DNA of 64,000 nt from Octopus vulgaris (Eukaryota). The notes under the pieces are model-generated. The model was not told the origin of the DNA. It made no database searches and saw nothing but the letters and a program-made list of their open reading frames with translations. The stretch covers positions 128,092,001 to 128,156,000 of the forward strand of contig OX597817.1 in the NCBI GenBank assembly GCA_951406725.2. Direction: 5' to 3'. A program made the position numbers and the translations under genes. This document shows, in pieces, positions 28,274 to 42,835 of this stretch. How positions within the stretch are numbered: position 1 is the first letter of the stretch; each line of letters opens with the position of its first letter.

Positions 28274-28356
<83 letters not shown>

Positions 28357-29223
28357 TGTATGTATGTATGTATATGTGCACACACATATATAGAAAGATA
28401 TTGATATGTGTGTGTATAAATATATGTATGTGTACAGATGTATGTGTATTGATGTAAGTATGTATGTGTGTCTCTGGCAGTCCCCCTCGCCAAGCTTGCT
28501 CAGTGAATGTGCCGGTTTAGTTACCAGCGATCCGACCTTGCAACTGGTTGCTCTGGATTCCATGTTACCAGAAGCACTCATCAGAAACCGCACAAGGTAT
28601 CTGACATACAGGACTCAATACTATCTAGCAATAGCACAAGCACTCAGAAATATATATATATGACTCATCCCAGACACAGCAAAATCTGTTTCAACAAACG
28701 AATTCACATAAGGAATCTTGCAAACCAGATACAAAACCGAAATATATATATATATAAATGGATGAATAAATTATCCTATGTTTACCGTTAACATATATAT
28801 ATATATAAGAAAAAAGAGACACAGAGTATGTAAGTACGTATTTTTTTCTCAAATTTTAAAGCATCCTATTTCTGTTGTGCGAAAATAGCACTAAGTTCAG
28901 AAAATTTCAAGCGGATTCTGTATCTACTACAATATCCTTCTATAAACCAAAGCAACAACGTTCATTCTAAATCAACGTATTTGCAGAGCTTACTAGCAAT
29001 GCAATTAGTCCTATTCATCGGTTCGGTTCAAATAAATGCATAGTTGGCGAAATATGTATTGAAAACTGAAACAATTATTTTGTGAAACGGATATGAATGA
29101 ACATTTATATCACATGTATACATACCATCATAATTCATTATTTTTATTTTTTGTGATGTGCATGTGTGTGTGTGTGTGAGTGTGTGTATGTGTGTGTGAG
29201 CTTGATTAGCGCTAAAATGAGTC

Positions 29224-29309
<86 letters not shown>

Positions 29310-29346
29310 CATCTGTTGTGCATAAGTCAGAAAAGGCACACTGGAT

Positions 29347-29431
<85 letters not shown>

Positions 29432-30328
29432 ACGTGGTGCCCAAGCATGACCACAGTCTAATGACTGAAACAACTAAAACACACACACACATATATATGT
29501 ATGTGTTTGTGTGTGCGTGAGTGTGTGTGTGTGTGTATGTGTGTATGAATGATTATTACAAATTACTTGTAAGATCGTTGCTGGTGGTTTCATGCCGATT
29601 GTTCTACATGCATACATACATACTTGCATACATACCCACGTACACACACATAAATGCGGCCTTCTATGTGACCAGAACTACGGGACCCAGAACCACATTA
29701 TCGCGTGTGTCTCTTGCTAAGATGGCGGGATGCCATTTCAACGAGATATAACCGACTGGTATTTCTGTAAGATCGAGTAATCATGCATTATATGTCTATG
29801 ACAACGATCGGGTTTGAACCCTGAATTAAGAAACAAAATGTCATTAAAACACACGTATTTGTCGCTTATCTTCATATTAGTTATATTCTTCATATTGTTT
29901 TGCGCATGCGCACATTTCGGTTTTCTGAGTGAGTGGAAGTTAATGCGAAAGTGATATGTGATTGAATATGTGTGTGTGTGTACCTTATTTGTTTTATTCA
30001 CATAACAAAAGTTTAACTTAATTCTCATTTATCATAATATTTCAAAATCTTTGTTAATGTCAAAACCTCAAACACCTCTGTGACTTTTACGCCGTATGTT
30101 AATTTATTATATAATTCAGAATTAAATTGGATTATATAGTAACAAGTCATTTCACTATCATTAATTTGATTTTCGTCATATATATATATATATATATATA
30201 TATATCAATATCTATTTATCTATATATATATAAATATATAAATATATATATATATCAATATCTCTATATATAAATATATATGTATGTATATATGTATATG
30301 TATATATATGTGTATATATACATATATG

Positions 30329-30381
<53 letters not shown>

Positions 30382-30481
30382 ATATCTATTTATTTTATAT
30401 TACTTTGTATACAATTCGAGAATATCTGAAAATTATCAATCTTGAATATACACACATACATACATACATAAATACATAGAT

Positions 30482-30562
<81 letters not shown>

Positions 30563-30870
30563 CATATAAATATATATATATATATGGATGGATGGATGGA
30601 TGGGTGTGTGAGTTCGTGTGTTAAAAGTATACATAAACGCTTTATATATGTGTGTGTGCGTGTGTGTGTGAGTATCCACACACACACGCAGAACACACAT
30701 ATAAAATAATTTTAATTCAATTTTATATACGTTTACGTTGATGAATGTATAGAAACGGGGAGCACAATCATATCATGTCTGTATGTGTCTGTCTAACTTT
30801 AAATATATATACTCAAACTTATGTTTGTACATACACGCATTGCACAGCCACTAGATAGATAGATAGATAT

Positions 30871-30957
<87 letters not shown>

Positions 30958-32295
30958 TGTGCTACGTACACACATGTGTGTGTGTACGGGGCAATATGTT
31001 ATCTACGAGTATGCGTGTATGTGTTTATGCCATTTCAAAATAGTAAACAGTACTCAATATATCTAAGCGTATAAATACCTTTTATTGTTAATGGAGCCTC
31101 ACTTTCGATTACTCTTATTGTTACGCCGATGGCCATCGTAAGATGGAGGTTTTGAAAAACTGTAATTTAGATAATTGGAAAAATTATGGAGCAGGCGTAT
31201 ATTCTAAATGATCAAGTGACTTTTTTTTTTTATGTCCGGTACATAATAAATCTGGTCTGCGTAGGTTATAATTTGCTATGTAGAATTTGTTTTGACTGCA
31301 TTTAAAAATTATCTCCATTCTTTTGTTTAAATCATTCGTTCTTTCATTTATTATACGACATTTCTTTGCAGCATATTACGGGTATTGTGTTGTTCTATTT
31401 ATGTGAAATACATTACCTTCCAGTGTTAACTACTCGATACAGATATTTATATTATCAGTTATTACAATTCCTGAAGGTGGGTTTATGTTTGAGACACAAC
31501 TGTTAATATTGCTTTCGCGAATACCGAGATAACTATGGTGGGCGCGCTATTTATATTGGTTTTAAATTTTGGGTCAAGGCTAACAAGTTCGGGGGAATAG
31601 GTAAACCGATTACATCGATCCCAGGTGCCCAATTGGCACATGTTTTATCGACACCAATTTGATGAACTGTAAAGTCTAATTCGACAGAATTTAAACTCAA
31701 AGACGGACGAAATGTCACTAAGCGTTTTACCCGGCCGGCTAACAATTCGCCTCTTTAGGGAACTATTTATATTAGCAATTAAAGTTTCAGACACGAGTAA
31801 GAGCCTATTACACTTATATGATAGTAAATGTTGATCGCTTCTTTTGTTTATGGGAAATATTTAATAAGCAGTCACATAATGTCAGACAGTGTAGTAAATA
31901 ATTAAATTTGCAACAATACGATGAATTCGTATGTTTTCAAAATATTTAAATGTTATTCATGGAATAATTTTTACTGTCCAACCTAGAATACATCTGGCAG
32001 AATACTTCAGAAATTTGATATCATTTGTTTGGTTCAGGGCACACACACACACTGACACACACACACACACAATCTAGCAATCAGACACACAAAGGTTTGT
32101 GTAGAGGCGCGTGACTTAGTGGTTAGGACGTTGCGCTTATGACCGTAAGATTGTGGTTTCCATTACTGGGCCTGGCGATGTGTTTCGTACATGAACTCCA
32201 GTCCACTCAGCTAACAAAAAGAAATAATCCTGACATGGACCGACATCCCGTACAGGGAAGTGAAGAATTTATACAACATGGAATCCGGGAGAGCG

Positions 32296-32995
32296 GGCTC
32301 GGGAAGGACGTTTGAACCACTTTCTTTGATATAAATAGACGTTTGCTCGGGAAGGACGTTTGAACCACTTTCTTTGATATATTTAGACGTTTGCCCTTAT
32401 TCATAAGTTGTTTATAATTTTTATAATTGTTTATATATTTGGGACATAATATAGAAAGCAAGTTGTATCTGTTTTCTTTAGGGGACCAAAAACGTAACAA
32501 AAATTTTGTCACATATGGGCATGATCCGAAAAGTTCTGTCCTTGAGTTTAGACATGTAGTAGGGTCTAAGCTGCTTTTCCAGATAAGCCATCTCTCCATG
32601 TCGCATAGACCGCACTTTCCGCTGCCGTTAGTGTAGGGCTTACATTTGGCCAAAATCTTCCAATGGATGTTATAACCGACACCTTTATCTTTTAAAGACC
32701 AAATATGATTAGATAATTTTGTCGCTTTTCTTTTGTTCCAGTGCCTAAAACTCAAGGTGTGGTTATTGAACCTGGCCTTGAAATTACCCTCTGTAAGGCC
32801 CACGTATTTCTTCGTCGAAACGGTGTCTTTAGTGGTTATAGAGTTCACGGTAGCTTCATAGATGATGGTCTCGGACATGCTAGCTCCATTTAGCGGGCAC
32901 AATTTTTTATTCCTGCATGAACAGCTGTTTTCTTGTTGTGGTTTTTGTGTGGTATGTTTGATTATATTTTTAAAACTGGTAGTTGAACTATATAT
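32296..32995 (-). mobile_element. Penelope-like element fragment (linker + GIY-YIG endonuclease)
   Basis: SCSCRNKKLCPLNG..IIYEATV..KYVGLTEGNFKARFNNHTLSFR..TKLSNHIWSLKD..C.LC..E, the PLE GIY-YIG signature. 36-bp direct repeat at 32296 and 32345. Confidence 0.9.
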
Positions 32996-33075
32996 AATAC
33001 ATACGTCTATATATAGATAAATTTACATAATATTGAGGTCTCTTTCTTTCTTTTGTTATCTTACCGTTTTTACCA

Positions 33076-33114
<39 letters not shown>

Positions 33115-33207
33115 AAATATTATTAGAGACAAAACCACTATTTTGCAAAACAAACAAGGAAAGACTTAATCAATACATAAAATTTTAATAAATAGTCAAA
33201 AAAACCG

Positions 33208-33250
33208 CCACTACAATTGTTTCCTGTCTTGATCGACAATCTTCAGGTGG
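33208..33250 (-). ncRNA. Minimal type-I hammerhead ribozyme, intact core
   Basis: CCAC-CUGAAGA-U UGUC GAUCAA GACA G-GAAA-CAAUUG-UA-GUGG: consensus CUGAnGA/GAAA/UH core, stem I CCAC/GUGG, palindromic stem III. Confidence 0.85.
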
Positions 33251-36200
33251 ACTTCCAATCTAAAATATCAATATTTTAAAATATAAAAATAATAATTTTA
33301 AAATAATTAAAGTATTAATGAAAAAATATAAATATATAATCCATATATAACCTATATATAATCCATATATAATCAATATATAAACAATATATAAACTAAA
33401 ATAAACCTATCAACAATTAAATATAAAATATAAAATATAAAATATAAAATATAAAATAAAAAATATAAAATATAAAATATAAAATATAAAACAAAACAAA
33501 AAAATAATAATAATATAATAATAAACTATATATACACCCATACACATATAACTAATTATATATAACCATATCTAACTACATACACTAAATCACACTCCTA
33601 TATATATATCCCTATACATACACATAAAAACGTCTAGGCAACTATAAATAAATAAAATAGCTAAATACTTCAACACAATACTTATTCATACTCTCACACA
33701 CACACATACAACCCACATTCACGCTCTAGAAACGGACATCACTTAAAATTATGAACGGAGAAATGGAATAAATGGAATTAAAAATTATATTCACTTGGTA
33801 AAACGAACACTACTTAAAAATTATGAATGAAACAATGCAATAAAACAACAGATATCGCAAATAGACACAAATTACTACGAATTCCTTAACAAACCTACCA
33901 TGATAAACCAAAACTCATAAAAACATATAATGATAAAATCTCCCTTTACTAAACTCTATAACATACCTATATAGCAATCCCCCTAACCTAAACATTCACA
34001 CACAAATACACACACGTAAACCACACACCCACGACATATACAAATACCCACACCACTTACACATACCTATACATACAAATAAAACTCAACATATACTCCA
34101 AAAACCCACTCAACCCCACACAGACAAATAAACACAAAAATTATGAATGGATTCTTTTATAAAACTACCATGATAAGCTAAAACTCACAAAAACATAAAT
34201 GATAAAACCTCCCTTTACTAAACACTATAACATACTTATATAGCAATCCCTTTAACCTATACATTCACACACAAATACACACACGTAAACCACACACCCA
34301 TAACAAATACAAACACCCACCCCACTCACACACACCCGCAAGTACATATAAGCATCAACATATACACCAAACAAAATTACTTTACCAAGGAACTTAACAT
34401 ATGTATAAAAAGTATAAACGCTCTGGAAACGAACATCTTATAAAATAATGAATGGAGAAATGGAATAAATGGAATTAAAAATAATATTCACGTGGCAAAA
34501 CGAACACCACTCAAAAATTATGAATGAAACAATGTAATAAAACAACCAACATCGAAAATAGACAAATTACCACGAATTCCCTAAAAAAAACCATGATAAA
34601 CCAAAACTCTTAAAAACATATAACGATAAAATCTCCCTTTGCTAAACTCTATAACAAACCTATATAGCAATCCCCCTAACCTAAACATTCACACACAAAT
34701 ACACACACGTAAACCACAGACCCACGAATTATACAAATACCCACCTCACTCACACATACCTATACTAACTTATAAACCTCAATATACACCAAAAACCCAC
34801 TCACTCCCCACACAGACAAATTAACACATACATCCCAAGACCTAAATAACAAACCCATATACACATTCACACACAAACACACACACACGCAAAACACACA
34901 CACACAACAGATACATATACTCCCTCACATATACGCATATACATACTCACTAAACTCGATATATACAACAATATTTACACACCCACACTCATACAGATAA
35001 ATAAATTATACAACTAAAAACTCACACACAATCTCATATACATAAACACTCCATGAAAAACAACATTAAATACATCGTAATTAACCAGAATATCAAAAAT
35101 AACAATATGACATAAGGAGAAATAAAAAACATACTTACAAGTCAGTTTCAAATTATGATGTGAAATTAAATTCTAAGCCGTTAAAAAAATCAAACTAAAT
35201 TTACGTTACCATAGAAATAAACTTATGTATAAAAAGAATACGCGCCATGGAAAGTAAACGTCATTTAAAATTATGAATGGAGAAATAGAATAAATGGAAC
35301 TAAAAACTATATCCACGTGGCAAACCAACACTACTTAAAAAAATTTATTATGAATGGATTCTTTAAAAAAACTACCATGATAAATTATTATATACATTTA
35401 TGAGCTTTAGCTCATCTTAGCAGCTCTAACAAACAATTTGCAGTAACCCAAACCTATTCTCGATGCCTACCTTACTACTACACTATTCCATTCCCAATTC
35501 CAATCAACGCTAGCCCAACACCCGGTTACAATTCCCATCTCCACCCATTCATTCACAATTTCAACGACGTTCGCCTCCACAACGCTACGTATTAGCCTCA
35601 ATATATACACCGGTGATGCGCTTTCACATCCGTGCGGATAGATGAGAGTATACATTGAGTGTAGTGATGGGGCTCCCTTTACTATACACATTTGTACCTG
35701 TGTGGTAGTCTCCATGTGTATATTCACGCACGGGTATAAATGCGGGGGGGTACACGCGCACGGCATGTGCGTGTACCCCCTCACATGTACATATGCATGC
35801 TAATTGGGCTCAATATGTGCAACGGTGTAATCGCGCCCGCATACATGCAGATGGGCGAATTGCACAATCAAAATACGCACACATGTGTGTGTGCGTTCCT
35901 TGGTTGTGCAGTTCACCCATCTGGGTGTGAGTGGGTGTAAGCGTATTGCTGTGGATGTCGAGCTTGATACGTATGTATATGAGTGTGTATTGGGGGTTGT
36001 ACGTATTTATTGTGTGCATGTGCTTCACGCACGTGCGTCCATGTATGGATGAATATATTGGGATTGCTATGTGGGTGTAAATTGGGTTATGGAGGGGGAG
36101 TTTTGTCATTGTATGGGTGTGGGTTTCATTTGTGATGTTGGTTTGTTGGTGATTTTTGGTATGTTCTGTATATTTGGGTTAGTTATGTATTATTCTAGTG

Positions 36201-36777
36201 TGTATAATTGTATACCTATATGATTGGTGTGAGTGGGATTACGCCCATTTTTGGGGATGTATGTGTTTATTTGTCCGTGTGGTACGGGAGTGGCCATTTG
36301 GTGTATATGTTGAGGCTCACATACAATCCCAGGTACGCGCGAATGAAGTGGGCACTTATATTTGTTATGGGTGTGTGTACTTTATTATAACAGACAATAC
36401 CCAAATAAAAACTGTCAATTCAACATACCAAATAAAAAACAAAAAACAAAGGGATCGTAAACATTCACACATACATACAAAACTCAATAAATACACCACT
36501 AAATAACACCCATCAACATATAAATATATCCTCCAAAATACATATAACAAATAACAAATGCATAATAAAAATACATAATAAAATAAAATAAAAATAAAAA
36601 AATATATAAATAAAGAAAATAAAAAAATCTAATATAAATTATTAAAGTTTTAACATACCATAAACTGTTATATTAATATACATTAAAAATGAACTAATTA
36701 AAACAAAGAAATAAAAAATATAATTATCTAAACTAATTTAAACTAAACTAAAGTAACCTAATAGGGAACTATTAATG

Positions 36778-37690
36778 CTATTTATCATGAAACTTATTAT
36801 ATAGGTAAAGTAACTTATGTCTGCATTTTATTTTTCGCTCTTCACCAGTATTAAGTAAATTATCATACTTATAAAATAAAATTTCTTTAAACTCATTAGA
36901 GCATAAATAACAACAATTAGCTCCTATAGTATATGATTTAGTTTTACAAATTATTTCCCAAATTAAACTATAATTAATATTTAGTGATTTAAGACTCCAT
37001 ATGTACTTACTAAGTCCGGTTGAGTTGATTAAGTTTTTATTTTTAAAAGAATTCATATGTTGTGCGATTCTTAGTTTTATTTTTGAGGAAGTAGAACCTA
37101 TATAAACCGCTTTTGGGTAATTATTATTCTTAAAGTTATTATCATGTAATGTAACTATACATTTATACACTACATCGTTAATATCACAATTATTATTTAA
37201 TATACAATTAGATTTAACTCTACAAGTACAATTAATAAAAGTCGTATCATTATTAATATTATTATCAAATAATTTCTTTTTATAAAAATTATTCAGTTTA
37301 TATTTATTAAATGAAGAAATAATGTTACCAACATTATTAGTGGTAGAATAACCTACTCCAAAATTATTAAAAGAGAAAATGTTTCTATATTTACGATTAT
37401 CTCTAATAAATAGTTCTATAACATCTAAAATCTCTTTAATAATATTCGTTTTTACTTGATCTCCATAAGGAACTATTAACCAAATTTTATTCTTATTAAC
37501 CTTATTATTATTATCATTATTATAAATATATTTATAATTCTTTATTTTATTAAAATTATTATCAGAATTATATCTATGTACAGTATTTAAGGAATTATTA
37601 ATATTATTAATTTTATCAATATAATTATTATAATAATTATTAAATTTATTTTTATTTTTATTATTCTTATTAGTATTATTATTATTATTA

Positions 37691-37728
<38 letters not shown>

Positions 37729-37809
37729 TATATTTTTATCATTTTTATTATTTTTTTTATAATATCTATTATTTTTACCACTAAACCTAACAAAATAGTG
37801 GTTTTGTCT
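36778..37809 (-). CDS. PLE ORF remnant: Asn-rich linker, thumb/linker region and GIY-YIG endonuclease (343 open codons, no ATG upstream of the GIY-YIG)
   Basis: Checked triplet by triplet: no stop from 37809 to 37171, continuing into the tracked ORF that ends at 36778. KIWLIVPYGDQVKTNI..YSTTNNVGNIISSFN..CTCRVKSNCILNNNC..VVYKC..VYIGST..RIAQHMNSF..LSKYIWSLK..CYLCSNE. Confidence 0.85.
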
Positions 37810-37900
37810 CTAATAATATTTTATAATATTTTACTATAAAATTGGATTTAATCCTAAATCTGATTTTTTCCCTGTAAATTTGGATTTATTCCCTAATATT

Positions 37901-37937
<37 letters not shown>

Positions 37938-37940
<3 letters not shown>

Positions 37941-39070
37941 CCCGGGTATGTAAGAGCCCCTAGTAGGCAATGACTAATCCCAATGTAGTCCTTTGCCTCT
38001 AGGGAACGAAGGCGCATGTGTAGGTTGCAATGTCTTCTCTTCACTCCCAAATAACTATCAAACAGCTATTGATAATTCAACCCAACCAATTCCTACCAGG
38101 AATAAATTACATTCGAGACTTTACCCCCAACACCGCCACTTCTGCTAATAGCTTCTGCAGCCGCAAGTTATTCGAATACTTTTGTTGTTTAAACTTTCTT
38201 AATAACTACCACCCCAAACGTTTAACTTAAATTTTTGACGTACCCTAAGAGTTCTCGGACGCTACTTGCAAACTCTTGGTTTATTATAAATCGCTTTTGT
38301 CGTGTGCACCAAAAAAACTTTTCCATTCGTTTGTTCAGTTTGGTCACTTTTGACTTTTTCGTTGTTGTTACTCACATTGCTGCCCGCTTTTTTGCCGTTT
38401 TTGTACATTTTTATACATTTTGGGATACTTACCCCAGGTGTTCCGAGAGTTAAAAAGGTCAAGTTGCGTCCCCTAGACAGTGTGTGGTTTGTGTTTAATA
38501 CACAAATCGGTTTGCTATGTGTGCCACATATGATTTAATTAACTGATTTTTCCAGTGATAAAGTATCCTATTGGAATAAAAAGAGCCATATAGCTCCTTG
38601 GAGCAGACATGATGCTCGCTGTGAATTTAAAAAAATTCCTGCCAATTTGTGAAAGATATTGTCGAAAATATGTCATCTTGAATTTGAACGCGATTTCCCA
38701 AAATGGCATGATTTTATCGATTTTTTCTGATGGTAAGGTATTGCATGGAAACCTAACGTCAGAATTAAGTTTCTTGAGGTAACATTAAGCTTCACCATGA
38801 GTTTGGTGAAAATCGATTGCAAGTTGCGAAAACTACAACAGAAAATGTGTTGCATATAAAAAGCTTAGATTCTCGACCCCATGTCGAATTTATCGATTCT
38901 TTTCAGAACTGGGGGAACTTTTCAAAATTTTCGCTGCGTTAGTTTTGAATTATGACATTGGGCTATGTGTGTGTCAAGTTTCATCAGAATCGGTTGAAAG
39001 CCGTGGTCAGGATGAGGGTACAACCTGACAGACACACAGACAGACAAACTGCCGTTTATATAGAGAGAGA
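37938..39070 (-). mobile_element. Non-autonomous Helitron-like element
   Basis: Minus-strand 5' end A|TCTCTCTCTATATAAA..TGTCTGTCTGTGTG. Partial 3' hairpin (ttgcccgggt) abuts (TA)n; the terminal CTAG is not seen. Confidence 0.5.
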
Positions 39071-39301
39071 TTTAATGTAGGATACACATTTTTTCAAAAA
39101 GATATTTTATCAATGGTCAGCATATTAAAAAATACCTTTAAAGGTTAAAATTATAAACAACTTATAAATAAAGGCAAACGAAAATATTTCCAATGCCAAA
39201 TATGCCGAAAATTGGACATATTGTCCATTACCATATAATTTTTCACAATAAGCACGCTACTCGAAAAAAAGCGACAGAAATTTCTAAAAAAATTCTATTA
39301 T

Positions 39302-39359
39302 TACCATATCGGACTGATTTCAGGGTAAGTTCGTAAGAACCCTCCCTTCGTCAGTGATA
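39302..39359 (-). ncRNA. Type-I hammerhead ribozyme, intact core
   Basis: UAUCA-CUGACGA-AGGGAGGGUUC UUAC GAACUUACCCU-GAAA-UC AGUCC GA-UA-UGGUA. Confidence 0.75.
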
Positions 39360-39466
39360 AATGTGGCAAAAGAAATAAATGAGATATTTACTCATACTTA
39401 CTCCTTGGAAGAAGCAAAACTTCAATGGGTATGAGTAAGTATCTCATTTATTTCTTTTGCCACATT

Positions 39467-39524
39467 TATCACTGACGAAGGGAGGGTTCTTACGAACTAA
39501 CGCTGAAATCAGTCCGATATAGTA
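39467..39524 (+). ncRNA. Type-I hammerhead ribozyme, mirror copy with weaker stems
   Basis: UAUCA-CUGACGA-AGGGAGGGUUC UUAC GAACUAACGCU-GAAA-UC AGUCC GA-UA-UAGUA; mismatches in stems I and II. Confidence 0.65.
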
Positions 39525-39667
39525 ATAATGGAATTTTTTAGAAATTTCTGTCGGCTTTTTTTCGATTAGCGTACTTATTGTGAAAAATTATATGGTAATG
39601 GACAATATGTCCAATTTTCGGCATATTTGGTATTAGAAATTTTTTTCGTTTGCCCTTATTTATAAGT

Positions 39668-39807
<140 letters not shown>

Positions 39808-39871
39808 TGTGTGTTTTGTGTGTGTGTGTGTATGTAGAGTGTTTGAAGTGGTGTACAGATATTGTATATTG

Positions 39872-40034
39872 AAAAAGGAGAGGCAGTCAGAATTTTGGAT
39901 AATCCTATTAGCGCTTTCATACGTTTTCGAACTCGTGAAAACAAAATAAAAATTTTTGATTTTGTCATGACGAGTTCAAAAATGAACGAAATCGCTAATA
40001 AAGGATTATCCAAAATTCTGACTGCCTCCTTTTT
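39872..40034. repeat. ~160-bp imperfect palindrome containing a degenerate hammerhead-like motif
   Basis: aggcagtcagaattttggataatcct / aggattatccaaaattctgactgcct. Motif aTGACGA-GTTC aaaaat GAAC-GAAA at 39967-39991. Confidence 0.75.
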
Positions 40035-42194
40035 ACTCAACACACATAGACACACATACACACGTACAAACACATGCACACAGAGTCTGACTTGCATTTG
40101 TATACAGGTTCTACAATATTCTTTTCTGCTCTACGCACAAGGCCCGAAATTTGGGGTGATGGGGCCAGTCATTTAGATCGACCCAGTACGCAACTGGTAC
40201 TTAATTTGTCGACCCGAAAGGATGAAAGACAAAGTCGACCTCGATGGAATTTGAACGCAGAACGTAAAGACAGACGAACAGGTTCTACAATATTATTCAT
40301 ACACAGTAATTGTTTTCAGGCAATTTATTAAAATATCGTTGTAATACTCTCTGAGGTTGTGAAGGCGCATGGCCAAGTGGTTAGAGCGTCGAGCTTATGA
40401 TCGTGAGGTTGTGAGTTCGAATCCTGGACCGGGCTGCTGTTGTGTTCTTGAGCAAGACACTTTATTTCACGTTGCTCCGGCTCACTCAGCTATAGAAATG
40501 AGTTGCGACGTCACAGGTGCAAAGTTGTATCGGCCTATGCATTTCGCTTGGATAAAACTGGTGGCGTGGAGAGGGGAGGCTGGTATGCATGAGCGACTGA
40601 TGGTCTTCCATAAACAACCTTTGCTCGGACTTGTGCCTGAGAAGGTAAGTTTCTAGGTGCAATCCCATGGTCAATCATGACCGAAGGGGCCCTCAACTCT
40701 CTGAGATAGCGTTCTTGTTGGATAATATTTTATGAAAAGAAATCATTTTATGAGAACCCATCTTCATCATATACAAGCATATTTTGTGAAAAAATCTTTT
40801 TCGAGCGTAAAAATGTCAAACTTTTGGAATTATGTAATGAAGCATTTTTCCTTCCAAGTTTGTTTACAACTTGCTATTGCTTGAGGAAAGTTTAATACGC
40901 CAGACAAAATACATAGCGGCATTTCTTTCGGCCCATTACATTCTGAGTCCAAATTCCGCTGAGGTTGACTTTGTCTTCCATTCTTTCTGTGTCGGCCAAA
41001 ATAAGTAACAGTAGAGTAATGGAGTCAATATAACCGGCCTGCCCCTCCCCACAACCAAATTTCAGACATTGTGCTTTTGTGCCTATCCTAGAAATGACTA
41101 TAAAGGCTGTGTATGAGGGTAGAAAGAGAGAGAGAGAATACTATATTTTTATATATAAATATAAATTTATATATCAGGGTGTTTGTAAATTTGTATTTAT
41201 GTTTGTATGTAATATATATCTCTGTGTGTGTGTGAGTGAGAGTGAGTGAGTGCGTGTGTGTGTGTGTTTGTGTGTGTGTGTATGTATGATTATATATAAA
41301 TGTAAATGTATGCAAATATGTATGGATACATGCGCGCACAACCACACACATACACACACAGTTGGTTACCTAAATCCCTACCAAGTTGCAAACGCGCCTA
41401 TGAATTCAGTCCAGACATGAGTCCAGTTTTGCTATTCCTGTTTCAATTTTTCTCTTCTTATTCTCTTTTCATTCACTTCTTATTCTTTACTTCTTCATTT
41501 AATTTTTTCCCTTTTCCTTTTTCAACATCATTGGCTTCTTCTTCTTCTTCTTCTTCTTCTTCTTCTTCTTCTTCTTCTTCTTCTTCTTCTTCTTCTTCTT
41601 CTTCTTCTTCTTCTATTCATTCTCCATCAAAGCTACAATTTAGAACACTTTATTAAAATATTTTTTCTTGTTCAACCAATCAAAAATTTTAACTTCTCTT
41701 TACTTCAAAATTATTCAATTTAAAAAACAATTACATATCTTCAATTATGCGCCACACAGGGGCGGTGAACTGACAGAACCGTTAGCACGCCGGGCGAAAT
41801 GCTTAGTAGCATGTCGTGAGTTCTAATTTCGGCTGAAGTCAACATAGCCGTTCAGCCTTTCAAGATGAATGAAAAATAAGTCAGGTACTGGGGTCGATGT
41901 AATTGACTATCCCCTCCCACAAGAAAGGATTGTTTTAAGGCGGCGAGTTGACAGAATCGTTAGTACGGCGGGCAACATGCTTAGCAGCATTTCGTCCGTT
42001 CTTACGTTTTAAGTTGAAATTCCGATGAGGGTGACTTAGCCTTTAGTCCTTTCGAGATCGATGAAATAAGTACCAGTTACATACTGGCGTCGATGAAATC
42101 AACAAACACCCTCCCTACAAATTTCAATAGAAAGGATTAATTATGCACCACACAAAAGTTTTGCCACACGCATGTATTTAGATAGCAACTAATA

Positions 42195-42835
42195 TTAGTT
42201 TTAAATTTTGGCACAGGACCACCATTTCGAGGGAGTGGTTAAGTCAATTACATCGACCACAGTTAAGTACTTATTTTATCAACCAACAGAATAAAAGGCC
42301 GAAATTAACCAAGGCGGAATTTGAACTCAGAACGTAAGGACGGACGAAATACCGCTAAGCATTTTGCTCGGTGTGCTAACGATTCTACCAGCTCACTACT
42401 CTAATAGAAATTAATATTACTTTTTTATCGACTCCTAAAGAATGAGAGGTAACATCGACCTCAGCGGATGAAATACCTATTTCTTTACTACCCGCAAGCG
42501 GCTAAACACAGATAGGACAAACAAGGACAGACAAACGGATTAAGTCGATTATATCGACCCCAGTGCGTAACTGGTACTTATTTAATCGACCCCGAAAGGA
42601 TGAAAGGCAAAGTCGACCTCGGCGGAATTTGAACTCAGAACGTAGCGGCAGAAGAAATACTGCTAAGCATTTCGCCCGGTGTGCTAAGGATTCTGCCAGC
42701 TCACCACTCTGATAGAAATTAATATTACTTTTTTATCGACTCCTAAAGAATGAGAGGTAACGTGGATCTCAGTGGATGAAAGGCCGCTATGCGTTTTGCC
42801 GAGGGTGCTAACTATTCTGCCAGCTCACCGTCTTG
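42195..42835 (-). mobile_element. Nested cluster of same-family tRNA-derived SINEs
   Basis: Three A-box heads (gagctggcagaatcgttagcac), B-boxes (gagttcaaattcc), ~100-bp duplication 42370-42473 / 42678-42781. Confidence 0.8.

Larger units (their letters stand above)
33112..37905 (-). mobile_element. Penelope-like element, 5'-truncated, with an inverted terminal segment and a long 3' region
   Basis: Inverted match aaaatattattagagacaaaaccactattttg at ~33114-33145 vs ~37791-37822; GIY-YIG frame; sense-strand hammerhead near the 3' end; (TA)n on both flanks. Confidence 0.75.

Noticed and set aside
32207-32902. 231-aa ORF as a host nuclease gene
   Set aside because: It is a PLE GIY-YIG fragment; its C-terminal part is read-through into terminal repeats and an adjacent SINE.
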